Of a DNA stretch of 64,000 nt, positions 1 through 9,841 are shown piece by piece; the first letter of the stretch is position 1; each line of letters starts with the position of its first letter. Source of the stretch: Candidatus Latescibacterota bacterium (GTDB lineage: Bacteria > Latescibacterota > CBDEFO01); the NCBI GenBank assembly GCA_965248755.1, contig OZ252149.1, forward strand, positions 1,184,001 to 1,248,000, written 5' to 3'. The position numbers were made by a program, and so were the translations under genes. The notes under the pieces were generated by a model. It worked only from the letters and a program-made list of their open reading frames with translations, did no database searches and was not told the origin of the DNA.

Positions 1-10
1 CAGCGCCCTC

Positions 11-367
11 TTGCTTACTACGGGGTATCTGTGCATCCGCCGAAGGATGGTAAAGGCACATAAGGTCTTTATGCTCTCGGCGTTTGCGACCTCTGTGGTA
101 TTTTTGACTTCCTACCTTTTTTATCACTACCATGTCGGATCAGTGCCCTTTTTAGGACGCGGCTCGATTCGACTCGTTTACTTTACTATTCTCATTTCAC
201 ACATTGCCCTTGCTGTCCTTATCCTTCCACTGGCCTTAATAACCCTCTACCGAGCATGGAAAGAGCAGTTTGAAAGACACATGAGGATCGCACGAATCTG
301 CCTTCCCTTATGGATGTACGTCTCGGTCACAGGAGTAATCGTATACTGGATGCTCTATCGGCTTTGA
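11..367 (+). CDS. DUF420 family membrane protein (5' end probably outside window)
   Basis: Hydrophobic helices; motifs FLTSYLFYH, YFTILISHI.LA and W.YVSVTGVIVY typical of DUF420. Confidence 0.85.
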   Translation: MLTTGYLCIRRRMVKAHKVFMLSAFATSVVFLTSYLFYHYHVGSVPFLGRGSIRLVYFTILISHIALAVLILPLALITLYRAWKEQFERHMRIARICLPLWMYVSVTGVIVYWMLYRL

Positions 368-478
368 GGGCCCTGAAAAAGTTCTTCGTCAGACACGGCA
401 GCGCGGCCGCTTTGCTGGGGTGGAAACAAGCCACGAAATGGTCCGACCCACCGATACTTTTTGAGGAGAAGACGATAC

Positions 479-934
479 CTAATCGCCGAGGATATCTACG
501 ATCCTATCCTTATCTCTCCACATTTCCAAATAGCCCTTCGACAGCTTCTTGAGATCGCTGATACCCTTTAACCCCTCCTCTGTATCTTTTATCTGGTCTT
601 GAAGGAATCGAACTGTCTCTTCTTCAACCTTCCCGTGTTTCTTCATTACATTCTGGATCTGCTCGATCAGGGGTTGGCAGAGTCTCTTGGTGCGTTGCTT
701 TTCGTTTTCGTCGACGTCCTTCAACTTCCCTTTCAAACTCTCCAAGACACCCTGAATCGCTTCCACTTGAGAGAACAACTTTCCTCTGTACTCGATTCTT
801 TCTTGCAGAACTTCCAAATTTTGATCTCGGGCCAGATCCTGGATTTCTTCTGTGATCTTATGTGCTCTTGAGGAAATATCCAAAACCTCTTCTAAATTCC
901 TCTTTATCTCTTCAGATATACTCAATCTCTGCAT
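479..934 (-). CDS. Coiled-coil protein, possibly FlgN/FliT-like flagellar export chaperone
   Basis: 151 aa all-helical; C-terminal GY...D..G tail resembles FlgN-type proteins; fliO-like gene nearby. Confidence 0.4.
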   Translation of the reverse strand: MQRLSISEEIKRNLEEVLDISSRAHKITEEIQDLARDQNLEVLQERIEYRGKLFSQVEAIQGVLESLKGKLKDVDENEKQRTKRLCQPLIEQIQNVMKKHGKVEEETVRFLQDQIKDTEEGLKGISDLKKLSKGYLEMWRDKDRIVDILGD

Positions 935-974
935 TTTATCTCACTCTCCAGTGGACATCACTTTCTGTGGTCGT

Positions 975-1793
975 TCAAGCTACTTGCGATGTCGGCGATA
1001 GTCGCAAACGGAAGACGAAAAGATCGATGTCTTCGAAAACGGCATCTCCTGTTTTTTGTTCCTGACAGTACTTTTTCAGTCCAATTAGACCTTCTTTGAA
1101 CTCATCATCCCTGATCGCTTGGAGGCTCGATAACCCCCTGAGACTTATCTTCTCAAAGTAGTGGTGAAAGTTATCTGCGAATAGATGATGGACAACAGTA
1201 TGTCCCTTTAGATCGAATCCATGGTCCTGCAAGAAATCCGTTATACCTCTTCTGGATGAGGTACGGGAAAGTTCGATCTGGCGCGCCTTGGGGAAGAACC
1301 CAAGCCAGCGGTAGGTGTCCATACTTTCTCGGGTCGACGTGCGAATACACAGGAATCCTCTCATCCTCAATATTCTCTTGAACTCGCGTATGGCCTCGCT
1401 TCGGTCTTGGATATGGTGATAGACCATCGAAAGAAACACCAGGTCGGCTACTTTATCATCGAGCGGAATGCTTTCGGCTGATCCACGGATAAATCCAACA
1501 TGAGGGGAAGTGAGGGATTGTCTGGCTACCGTCAACATCTTCCGAGAAGGGTCTATTCCGTAGACTATCGCTTTGAAGTGATCGGAAAGGCCCTCCATAA
1601 ATCTGCCGGTGCCGCAACCCAGATCCATAATAGTCTTCGTCAAATCTTGGGGCACATACTTCGAGATCGTTTCGAGCCACAGCGTCAGGGTCTCCTCAGG
1701 GAGTCTTCTGGATTCCTCGTAACATATCTGTACATCTGTTTGATCATAATTGAATTTGACCACTCGAATCTCCGCAGGTGAACTATACCGCAA
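975..1793 (-). CDS. Class I SAM-dependent methyltransferase
   Basis: DLGCGTG motif I, GIDPS..ML, GSAESIPL. Confidence 0.9.
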   Translation of the reverse strand: MRYSSPAEIRVVKFNYDQTDVQICYEESRRLPEETLTLWLETISKYVPQDLTKTIMDLGCGTGRFMEGLSDHFKAIVYGIDPSRKMLTVARQSLTSPHVGFIRGSAESIPLDDKVADLVFLSMVYHHIQDRSEAIREFKRILRMRGFLCIRTSTRESMDTYRWLGFFPKARQIELSRTSSRRGITDFLQDHGFDLKGHTVVHHLFADNFHHYFEKISLRGLSSLQAIRDDEFKEGLIGLKKYCQEQKTGDAVFEDIDLFVFRLRLSPTSQVA

Positions 1794-1975
1794 CTGGGTC
1801 AGGACTATTCAGTTTTCTCGAAAGAATCGGGAAAGCCCTTGAGATTGCTAGGCTGTCCCCGATTAAATCGAGGGTGGCAATGACATTGTTTGACTTGACC
1901 TTCAGTCTTTGCACGGGGTGAAATCCCTACCCCGAAGGAGACGCGAAGCGGAACTAATCTCATGAGCCCACTTAC

Positions 1976-2431
1976 TTATGTTTTACCTCTTAGGGAGCTG
2001 AGATATTCTGAAAATTTCTTGGGATAGGACCCTTTTCCTTCTTGCGAAACCGAGACGATTTGGCTTATGGTCTCTTCATCTGTGATTTCAGAAAGAGTGG
2101 AAATGGTTTCGTCCGTGACTCCTAAGACGAGTATCCGATCTGCGACCTTGACCAGATAGATAGCCTTCTTAGGTCCCAGGTAAACTGATGATAGGATCCT
2201 TACGAGATCTCCACTTCCTCCGTGTGAACCTTTATAGATGGACTTCTTGAGCAGAAAGATAGTTAAATAGATCAATCCTACGATGATAATTAGGGCAAGG
2301 AACACTTTGGCGATCTGATAGGGCCAGTCCACCTGTGTTGGAGATGTATCGTCTTGGGCGGCCGCCCTGCCAAAAGTGCAAGTTAAGAGCAGAACAAGGA
2401 CAACCGCATACAGCCGTACGACAGATTTCAT
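1976..2431 (-). CDS. fliO: FliO/FliZ-family flagellar biosynthesis protein
   Basis: Signal peptide plus TM helix, then LGPKKAIYLVKVADRILVLGVT..I..L.EI characteristic of FliO. Confidence 0.8.
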   Translation of the reverse strand: MKSVVRLYAVVLVLLLTCTFGRAAAQDDTSPTQVDWPYQIAKVFLALIIIVGLIYLTIFLLKKSIYKGSHGGSGDLVRILSSVYLGPKKAIYLVKVADRILVLGVTDETISTLSEITDEETISQIVSVSQEGKGSYPKKFSEYLSSLRGKT

Positions 2432-2478
2432 GCTAAAATCACCTTTTCTCCTTTGGTCTTGACACGTCACGCACTCTC

Positions 2479-3798
2479 CTACTCAACCAACGCTTCCGGG
2501 ATAACTGAATCGTCCTGCAGGTCATGACCTGGCCTCAGTCTTTTTTCCAACTCCTCTTTATATTTATCTACCTCTATATTGACCCTGGCGACGCCTGTTT
2601 CCATCGCCGCTTTGGCCACAGCCGGTGCTACCCAAAGAGGAACCCTGTAGTCGAACGGTTTAGGAATTATATAATCTTTCCCGAATCTAAGTTGCTCCAG
2701 GTCGTAGGCCTTCAATACTGAATCTGGCACATCTTCCTTTGCCAGATCTGCAAGGGCGTGCACCGCCGCTATCTTCATCTCTTCGTTGATCGACTTTGCT
2801 CTTACGTCCAGTGCCCCTCTGAAGATAAAGGGAAAGCCGAGCACGTTATTGACCTGATTCGGATAGTCCGACCTCCCTGTAGCCATGATCACGTCATCCC
2901 TTACGCTGATGGCGTCCTCGTAGCTGATCTCAGGGTCGGGGTTTGCAAGCGCAAAGACAATGGGGTTGTGGGCCATCGTCGCCACCATCTCCTTGGAGAC
3001 GACGTCCTTTATGGAAAGCCCGATGAAGACATCGCACCCTTCCATAGCCTCCAATAAGCTCTTCTTGTTGGTTTCGATCGCGAATCTCTCCTTATATTTG
3101 TTCATTCCCCCCTTTCTACCCTTATAGATAACCCCCTTGCTGTCGCACATTATCATGTTTTCCGGCCTTACTCCCATCTTTATGTTCAGATCAGCACAGG
3201 CTATCCCCCCTGCGCCTGCTCCGTTATACACAATCCTCACCTCAGCTATCTTTTTCTCTGCTATTTCGAGGGCGTTCACAAGGGCGACTCCTGTTACTAT
3301 GGCTGTTCCGTGCTGGTCGTCATGGAACACCGGGATGTTTATCCTTTTTCTCAGTTCCTCCTCGATATAGAAGCACTCAGGGGCCTTTATGTCCTCCAGA
3401 TTAACTCCTCCGAAAGTCGGCTCCATGATCTCAACCGTCCTGATAATCTCAGCAGAGTCCTGGGTGTTCAGCTCCAGGTCGAACACATCTATGTCGGCAA
3501 AGCGCTTAAAAAGGACACCTTTGCCTTCCATAACAGGTTTTCCCGCCAAAGCCCCGATATTTCCCAAGCCCAAAACCGCTGTCCCGTTAGTTACCACAGC
3601 TACAAGATTAGCCTTTGCCGTGTACAGATACGATTTACCAGGGTCTTTATGTATCTCTTTGCAAGGCTCGGCGACTCCGGGTGTGTATGCCAAAGACAGG
3701 TGCCTTGGGGTGGTACACGGCTTGGTGCATATTACTTCGATCTTCCCCCTGCGCCCTGAACTGTGGTACTCCAGAGCTTCGCTTGGTCTTATCCCCAT
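2479..3798 (-). CDS. NAD(P)-dependent malic enzyme (MaeB-like, no phosphotransacetylase domain)
   Basis: [51 protein letters not shown]. Confidence 0.95.
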   Translation of the reverse strand: MGIRPSEALEYHSSGRRGKIEVICTKPCTTPRHLSLAYTPGVAEPCKEIHKDPGKSYLYTAKANLVAVVTNGTAVLGLGNIGALAGKPVMEGKGVLFKRFADIDVFDLELNTQDSAEIIRTVEIMEPTFGGVNLEDIKAPECFYIEEELRKRINIPVFHDDQHGTAIVTGVALVNALEIAEKKIAEVRIVYNGAGAGGIACADLNIKMGVRPENMIMCDSKGVIYKGRKGGMNKYKERFAIETNKKSLLEAMEGCDVFIGLSIKDVVSKEMVATMAHNPIVFALANPDPEISYEDAISVRDDVIMATGRSDYPNQVNNVLGFPFIFRGALDVRAKSINEEMKIAAVHALADLAKEDVPDSVLKAYDLEQLRFGKDYIIPKPFDYRVPLWVAPAVAKAAMETGVARVNIEVDKYKEELEKRLRPGHDLQDDSVIPEALVE

Positions 3799-3887
3799 CG
3801 TTCGCCTCCGAATTAACGCTGCAATCTTTGATATGTTTCCACAGCCAGCAGAAAGAGCAGGAAAGAGAGAGAATCTTCAATAGTAGA

Positions 3888-5087
3888 TCAATCCTTATCG
3901 CTCAGTGCAGCAACGCCCGGGAGGAGCTTTCCTTCAAGGAACTCCAAGGACGCTCCTCCACCCGTTGAGATATGAGTCATCCTGTTTTGGACCCCTGCTT
4001 TGGCAAGGGCGGCTGCCGAGTCTCCTCCTCCTACGACAGTTAAAGCTCCTCTATCTGTCGCCTCAGCGACTGCCTCGGCTATCCTGTAAGTCCCGCAGGC
4101 GAACCTTTCCATCTCGAATACTCCCATTGGCCCGTTCCAGAAAACTGTCTTGGCTTTCTTGATCGTTTCTGCAAATTCCTGGACTGTCCTGGGCCCTATG
4201 TCCAGTCCTCTCCATCCTCTTGGGATCTCATCGCTCTCCACGACCTTAGTTTGTGCATCCTCGGAGAGGCCATCGGCTATCAGGCAGTCTGAGGGGAGTA
4301 GGAGTTTAACTTTCTGCTTTTTGGCCCTGTTCAATATCTCGACCGACAAATTGACTTTGTCCTCTTCGATCAGAGAGTCACCTGTTTGGAGACGCTGTGC
4401 TCTGAAGAACGTAAAGGCCATTCCTCCACCTAAAAGGAGAGAATCGACTCTCTTCAACAGATTTTCGATGACATCTATCTTACCTGAGATCTTCGCTCCG
4501 CCTAGGACTGCTACGAAGGGTCTTTGGGGGGAAATCAAAATCCTGCTTAGATGATCTATCTCCTCTGCCATCAGGTAGCCTGCCGCCCTTTGTGAGAAGA
4601 ACTTTGTCACGCCTTGTGTCGATGCGTGCGCCCTGTGCGCTGTACCGAAGGCGTCATTTACATAGAGATCTCCCAACTTGGAAAGCTTCTCTGAAAATTT
4701 TGGATCGTTGGCCTCTTCTTGGGGATGGAAGCGTAGGTTTTCCAAAAGTGCGCACTCTCCATTTTTCAAAGAGTTCAGTTTCTCCTCTGTCTCCGGTGCA
4801 AGGCAGTCTAAAGGGTAAACCACAGGCATTCCCAAAAGCTTCTCCAATTTCACGACGACAGGAGCCATCTTGAGCTTGTCAACTATTTTTCCACTGGGTC
4901 TGCCCAGATGAGACATCAACACAGCCTTTCCACCATCCCTTAGTATTTCCCTTATAGTAGGCAGGGTCTCCACTATCCTCGTATCGTCCGCCACATGCCC
5001 GTCCTGATCTAAAGGCACGTTGAAATCCACTCTTACGAGGACTCGCTTTCCTCTGAGATCCAGATCATCCAGCAAAAGTTTCTTCAT
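3888..5087 (-). CDS. pgk: Phosphoglycerate kinase
   Basis: RVDFNVP, LLENLRF, NDAFGTAHRAHAS, STGGGASLE; start at ATG 5087 after GGAGG. Confidence 0.98.
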   Translation of the reverse strand: MKKLLLDDLDLRGKRVLVRVDFNVPLDQDGHVADDTRIVETLPTIREILRDGGKAVLMSHLGRPSGKIVDKLKMAPVVVKLEKLLGMPVVYPLDCLAPETEEKLNSLKNGECALLENLRFHPQEEANDPKFSEKLSKLGDLYVNDAFGTAHRAHASTQGVTKFFSQRAAGYLMAEEIDHLSRILISPQRPFVAVLGGAKISGKIDVIENLLKRVDSLLLGGGMAFTFFRAQRLQTGDSLIEEDKVNLSVEILNRAKKQKVKLLLPSDCLIADGLSEDAQTKVVESDEIPRGWRGLDIGPRTVQEFAETIKKAKTVFWNGPMGVFEMERFACGTYRIAEAVAEATDRGALTVVGGGDSAAALAKAGVQNRMTHISTGGGASLEFLEGKLLPGVAALSDKD

Positions 5088-5126
5088 CGGTTTTTGACCT
5101 CCCAAGGAACCTCTTCCACAAGAATC

Positions 5127-5255
5127 AGTAGACAGCATGGGATGGGAGATAGTCTAACAGAGATTGCTTCCGCGATTGAATCTATAGGGGATCACTTGCA
5201 ATGATGGTTTAGGTTTAGGGGGAGGATGTGCCCTGTCTACTACCTACTGTCTACT
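5127..5255. repeat. MITE-like element with AGTAGACAG/CTGTCTACT ends (copy 1)
   Basis: Colinear with 35427-35532: AGTAGACAGCAT...AGTCTAA..GAGATTGCTTC...GCAATGA...GGAGGA...CCCTGTCTACT. Confidence 0.7.
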
Positions 5256-5260
5256 TATGA

Positions 5261-6517
5261 TCAGGGATATATTCCCCTCACCCTGACTGCTTCTGCGACC
5301 CTGTCCACCGCCAGAAAATACGCGGCTGTGCGCATATCCACGTCCTCTTTCTGATGAGTCTTAAAGACCTCTTCAAAACTCCCGCATATAATGTTTTGAA
5401 GCCTCGAATTGACCTCTTTCTCGCTCCAGAAGAACTCCTGGAGGTCCTGAACCCATTCAAAATACGAGACTGTAACACCGCCTGCGTTGGCAAGGATGTC
5501 GGGGATTACGAAGATATCCCTGTCGTAGAGGATATTGTCCGCATCCGGTGTTGTTGGCCCGTTTGCCCCTTCTGCCACTATTTTGGCTTTTATCCTGGGC
5601 GCGTTCGATTCTGTGATCTGATTTCCCAAAGCGGCGGGTATAAGGATGTCGCACTCCACTTCCAAAAGCTCCTGGTTGGTAACCTTATCGCCGTTGGAGT
5701 ACTCTAAGACCGATGCTCCGTTATTTCTAAACTCAATCAAATCATTTGGATCAAATCCTTTGGTATTGTAAATGCCTCCTTTCGAATCGCTTGCCCCTAT
5801 AATCTTATACCCGAAGCTGTGTAGTATCTTAACCGCCGCAGATCCTACGTTTCCTAATCCCTGTACTACTACCCTCGTGCTCTCAATATCCATCCCCAGA
5901 TGCTTCATGGCGTTGTCAATGACCAGTGCGCATCCTCTCCCTGTGGCTTCTTCTCTGCCTTGCGACCCTCCGATCGATAGGGGCTTGCCGGTGACCACAG
6001 CCGGAACAGTGTGTCCCACGTTCATGCTGTAGGTGTCCATTATCCAGCTCATAGTCTGGGAGTTCGTATAGACATCGGGAGCGGGGATGTCCTTATCTGG
6101 CCCCAGGATGAGAGTCAACTCCGAAGCGAACCTCCTGGTCATCCGCTCAAGTTCTCCAGTGGACATCCCCTTAGGATCGCACGTCACTCCCCCTTTTGCA
6201 CCTCCGAAGGGGATATTCACCAAAGCGCACTTCCACGTCATCCACATAGCCAAAGCCTTCACCTCGTCCAAGTTCGCGTCCGGATGATACCTTATGCCGC
6301 CTTTGGATGGCCCTCTTGTTGTGCTGTGCTGCACTCTGTAACCCATAAAGACCTTGATACTTCCGTCGTCCATTTTTGTGGGCACAGAGACTATCAGTAT
6401 CCTTTCAGGATGCCTTAATTTCTCGTGTATGCCCTGATCTAAATTCAGCCTTTCGGCCGCATCATCCAACTGCCGCAAGGCGCTCTCCCAGGGGTTGGCT
6501 TCATTTTCTTTTTCCAT
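5261..6517 (-). CDS. gdhA: Glu/Leu/Phe/Val dehydrogenase (glutamate dehydrogenase)
   Basis: KGGIRYHP, GGAKGG, DIPAPD, GLGNVG, EGANGP, NAGGVTVSYFEW. Confidence 0.95.
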   Translation of the reverse strand: MEKENEANPWESALRQLDDAAERLNLDQGIHEKLRHPERILIVSVPTKMDDGSIKVFMGYRVQHSTTRGPSKGGIRYHPDANLDEVKALAMWMTWKCALVNIPFGGAKGGVTCDPKGMSTGELERMTRRFASELTLILGPDKDIPAPDVYTNSQTMSWIMDTYSMNVGHTVPAVVTGKPLSIGGSQGREEATGRGCALVIDNAMKHLGMDIESTRVVVQGLGNVGSAAVKILHSFGYKIIGASDSKGGIYNTKGFDPNDLIEFRNNGASVLEYSNGDKVTNQELLEVECDILIPAALGNQITESNAPRIKAKIVAEGANGPTTPDADNILYDRDIFVIPDILANAGGVTVSYFEWVQDLQEFFWSEKEVNSRLQNIICGSFEEVFKTHQKEDVDMRTAAYFLAVDRVAEAVRVRGIYP

Positions 6518-6640
6518 TTTGACCTCTTACATTAGGAACAATGACAATAATCTTTACATCTATCCCGCTGATTAATGTTTAATTCATTTTATCGGTTTTG
6601 TCAAGTAAGATTCTTTTTTTGTGCTTGAGTAAGAAGCTAA

Positions 6641-6675
6641 AAGGGGCTGCCCGATACGCTTACGGACAGCCCCTT
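6641..6675 (-). terminator. Intrinsic terminator downstream of pspA
   Basis: AAGGGGCTGCCCG...CGGACAGCCCCTT hairpin ending in a short T run on the minus strand. Confidence 0.7.
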
Positions 6676-6702
6676 AAATCTAATCATCCTAAGCTGACGC
6701 AT

Positions 6703-7371
6703 CTACTTCTTTTTCATCTTTTCCTTCAAAGCGGCAAGCTCATCGTCCGCACTGCCTTCCTGCTCGAGCTTGGCAAACTCGTCATCCAGCGAGTCTTCTC
6801 CTGCAAGCTCAGCGTGAGCCTCGGCTTCGGCCTCGGAAGTTTCGATCTTCTGTTCAAATCTGTCAAAGCTTGCAAAGGCGTCTCCTCCCAGTCCTGAGAC
6901 GCTTTGGGCAAGTGCTTTTTTTGCCTGCGACGCTCTATGCCTGGCTATTAGAGTGCCCTGACGAACACGAGCCTCTTCAAGCTTTGTCTTCAACTGATCC
7001 AGCTGACCTTTTAGTTGCCCGGCTGTATTTCTTGACTCCTCCAAGACAGGCGAAAGATCATCTACCGCCTTCGTCAGCGCATTCTTTCTCTCCAAAGCTT
7101 TTCTGGCGAGGTCATCGCTTCCTTTCTCCACAGCTAACATCGCCTTCCTTTCCCACTCCTCCGCCTGCTTCTTCTTATTTTCGTACTCCCTTTCTAATCT
7201 CTTCGCGTTGGCGATAGCCACTCCCACGGACGCTGTGGACTTATTTACGGCTTCCTCCATCTCTATCACCATCTGCTTGATCATCTTCTCAGGGTCCTCA
7301 GCCCTGTCCAAAAGTGCGTTCATGTTGCCTTTTGTAATGTCAGCTATACGAGAAAACATTCCTTTTCCCAT
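6703..7371 (-). CDS. pspA: PspA/IM30 family protein
   Basis: MFSRIADI...NALLDRAEDPEKM, WE.KA.LA..G.DDLARKAL, coiled coil, DDELAALK end. Confidence 0.95.
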   Translation of the reverse strand: MGKGMFSRIADITKGNMNALLDRAEDPEKMIKQMVIEMEEAVNKSTASVGVAIANAKRLEREYENKKKQAEEWERKAMLAVEKGSDDLARKALERKNALTKAVDDLSPVLEESRNTAGQLKGQLDQLKTKLEEARVRQGTLIARHRASQAKKALAQSVSGLGGDAFASFDRFEQKIETSEAEAEAHAELAGEDSLDDEFAKLEQEGSADDELAALKEKMKKK

Positions 7372-7630
7372 TTTGACTACCTCCTTTTGGTTAGATAACC
7401 CTCATCGAAGCTCTTCCTCTTTCAAAAAGACTTTCATACGTCTTAAAGTTCACGACCTCATTTTATAAGAGTCTTTCCCAGAGTTTCCGAGAGGACGGTA
7501 GATCTATATTTACAAAACCAGTGAAACCAAGGACATTGTGATAATTCCTACAGCACGCATTTAATTCCTCTTTACACCTCCCGTTTAGAAATTCCAAGTG
7601 CATCCACAATTTTTGCAGTCTAAATGCAAG

Positions 7631-7787
7631 TTAAAGTAAAGAACGAATAGCAAGTCTAGCTTATTCCCTGAAGGAAGAATATTCTGGCGAGCAGTCAACG
7701 TTGCATCTTCACTTATCTCAAAGATTCCTTTTAACAGCTCTGGGATGTTGCAAAAATATCTTCAATCTGGGACTCTCGTATATTCAT
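7631..7787 (-). pseudogene. Frameshifted fragment of a NucS/DUF91-like PD-(D/E)xK endonuclease
   Basis: Joining two frames gives MNIRESQIEDIFAT/PELLKGIFEISEDATLTARQNILPSGNKLDLLF, matching the E..IED...P.L...RQ...G..DLL pattern. Confidence 0.5.
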
Positions 7788-8052
7788 TCTTCTTGCTTCC
7801 ACTGTAGCGAATGTCAAATAGGACATTGATCTAAAGAAGTTCTGGTGGCATAATAGCGCCCAGAAATGGGGTTCTCGAAAGTAGGTAATCGAAGAACGTA
7901 CAGCCCACAGTCCAAGGTTACATAGCCCCCAAAGGTACCCAGATTCGGAAGTACTCTCCAGTTTTGTATCTCGACATCCCAGCTCAAAATGGTTTACTTG
8001 AGCTCTTTGAAGCATCTTACTCGTTCCTTGCCGCTATCGCTTATCCTTTCCT

Positions 8053-8487
8053 TTAAGACACCGTAGCGTGGATAATGATGGCTATAGCTACGTAAAAAGA
8101 TGCCTCAACGGCACCTGCAGCTACGTTTTGATCCTCCACGATCTCCTTATTGATGCTAAAGGGCGTTATCAGATCCAAAACCTTCCTGCCGACTGCTAAA
8201 GCAACGAGGCCGAACACGAAATATATCACTGAATTGAGCACGTCTCTCCATAAAGAGTCCAGAGTTACTCCGGCTATGGCGGCGTGGGTTATGATCGCCA
8301 AGCCCACGTAGAATCCTCCCGCTGTAACGCCGGCAGCTACGTTGTTTTTCTCCCCTATCTCCTGGCTCATACTGTGGGGGGTAACCAAATCTAAAATCTT
8401 ACGCCCAATTATGAGCGCGACCAAGCCCACGACGAAATAGAGAGCCGCCTCTCTTAACTGACCTAACTGATTGAGTATCGCTTCCAA
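8053..8487 (-). CDS. DUF350 domain membrane protein (two tandem repeats)
   Basis: Internal duplication of YF..GLVAL..GRK.LDL.TP.S...EI....NVAAG. Confidence 0.85.
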   Translation of the reverse strand: MEAILNQLGQLREAALYFVVGLVALIIGRKILDLVTPHSMSQEIGEKNNVAAGVTAGGFYVGLAIITHAAIAGVTLDSLWRDVLNSVIYFVFGLVALAVGRKVLDLITPFSINKEIVEDQNVAAGAVEASFYVAIAIIIHATVS

Positions 8488-8551
8488 TTGCCTTGCCTCC
8501 TTTTTGTGTTCCTGCGCTTGTAGCGCTAAAACGTTGTGAAGTTTTATTGAT

Positions 8552-9722
8552 CTACCGTAACTTGTTGATAATTTCTGCTATCTGTCCCAGGCACAGATAG
8601 CCCAAAAGAACGAAAGCCAAGATCAAGACTACGTTGGACGGGACGCCGTTTTTCAAGTTTTGTCCTATCCATTCCCTCTTATTGTTCATATATAGGAGGG
8701 AACGCCAAAAAGGTCAGATACGCTCTGTACCATATAGATTTTGAACTTACTGTCCTTTCTCTTTCCTCCTGTGAAAGTCCCTTCAAAAGAGCCACATAGT
8801 CTGCAAACATATAAGGCACTCCCTGCCAGACTCCCAGAGCCGAAGTAAAGATAACGCCCCAGAACCCTACAAGGAATATCCAACGTCCCGCTTCGCCTGC
8901 GACGCCTCCAAGAAGCTGTGCCATCTTCAGGACGCCCTCTTTTCCCGATACTTGTATGCCTCCTTTATGGAGCACATCAGACGAGAAGATTATGATCGCC
9001 GCACCGAACAATCCTGTCAGAATATTTGCTGTGGACAGGTCTATGCTTATGGCCTTGATGTATTCGGTCCCGCTCCATCTTTTCTCTCTTAGTCAGTATA
9101 TCCGTAGGACAGAAGAGTCAAGGTTCCACCTACGCCGCCTACGACTCCCAGGAGGAACTTCCCCGATACCTGGGGAACTTTTGGGATCAGGGATTTCCGT
9201 ACGGGCACAGCGCCGGTCCAGACGCAAAGTGCGCTTCCGACTATCGTGACGAACATAACGCCCACAAAGAATTTGATAATGCTCTCAAACCAGATGTACT
9301 CTCCCTTCAGGGCTATGGCAAATGCGGCAAGCGAATGTAGGATAGCGCAGGTATTCAGCGACAATCTAGGAAACATACCATATGCCGCAAGGCCGCAGGC
9401 TGAAATCAAGGCGCCTCCCACTATAAAGGACCAGAGCACAGGGTAGGCCAAAAAGTAGTATTAGACCGGACGCCCCAATTCTTTTGACCCAGCCTTCCAG
9501 GATTGTCGTCTCTGTGGATAACTGCCACCTCGCGAGTCCTTCGGTGAGGGTGTATTCCAAGATGGCTTCGACAACGGCCGCCCACAATTTCACCAGCCGG
9601 TATTTGGCCCCGCTCACAGTTGCAGCCACCATGTCGCCCACGCCCGAAGCCGCAACGGCGATATCAGGTCCTAGTATAGTGATAAAGCTCTTAAATCCTA
9701 TAGCGTTCTTTTTACCCCTTAT
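8552..9722 (-). pseudogene. Nramp/MntH-like (YcsG-type) transporter pseudogene
   Basis: Fragments in several frames (GP..AVAASG.GDMVAATVSGAKY, EGLARWQL, GVVGGVGGTLTLLSYGY, FTSALGVWQGVPYMFAD, MNNKREWIG) with frameshifts and deletions. Confidence 0.85.
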
Positions 9723-9841
9723 GCTCCTGTCCTGTCAAATAGCAAGAATAACATAGTCATACTCTGTTGCAAAGATACTGAATAGCGCCTTGACTCGCCC
9801 GATCTTCTTTTCAGTTCATTCTATGCAAATGGGAGTCCTTA

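Noticed and set aside
1899..1970. CTTCAG...GGGGTGAAATCCCTACC resembling the start of an FMN riboswitch
   Set aside because: The remaining conserved FMN segments are missing and it is antisense to the flanking genes.
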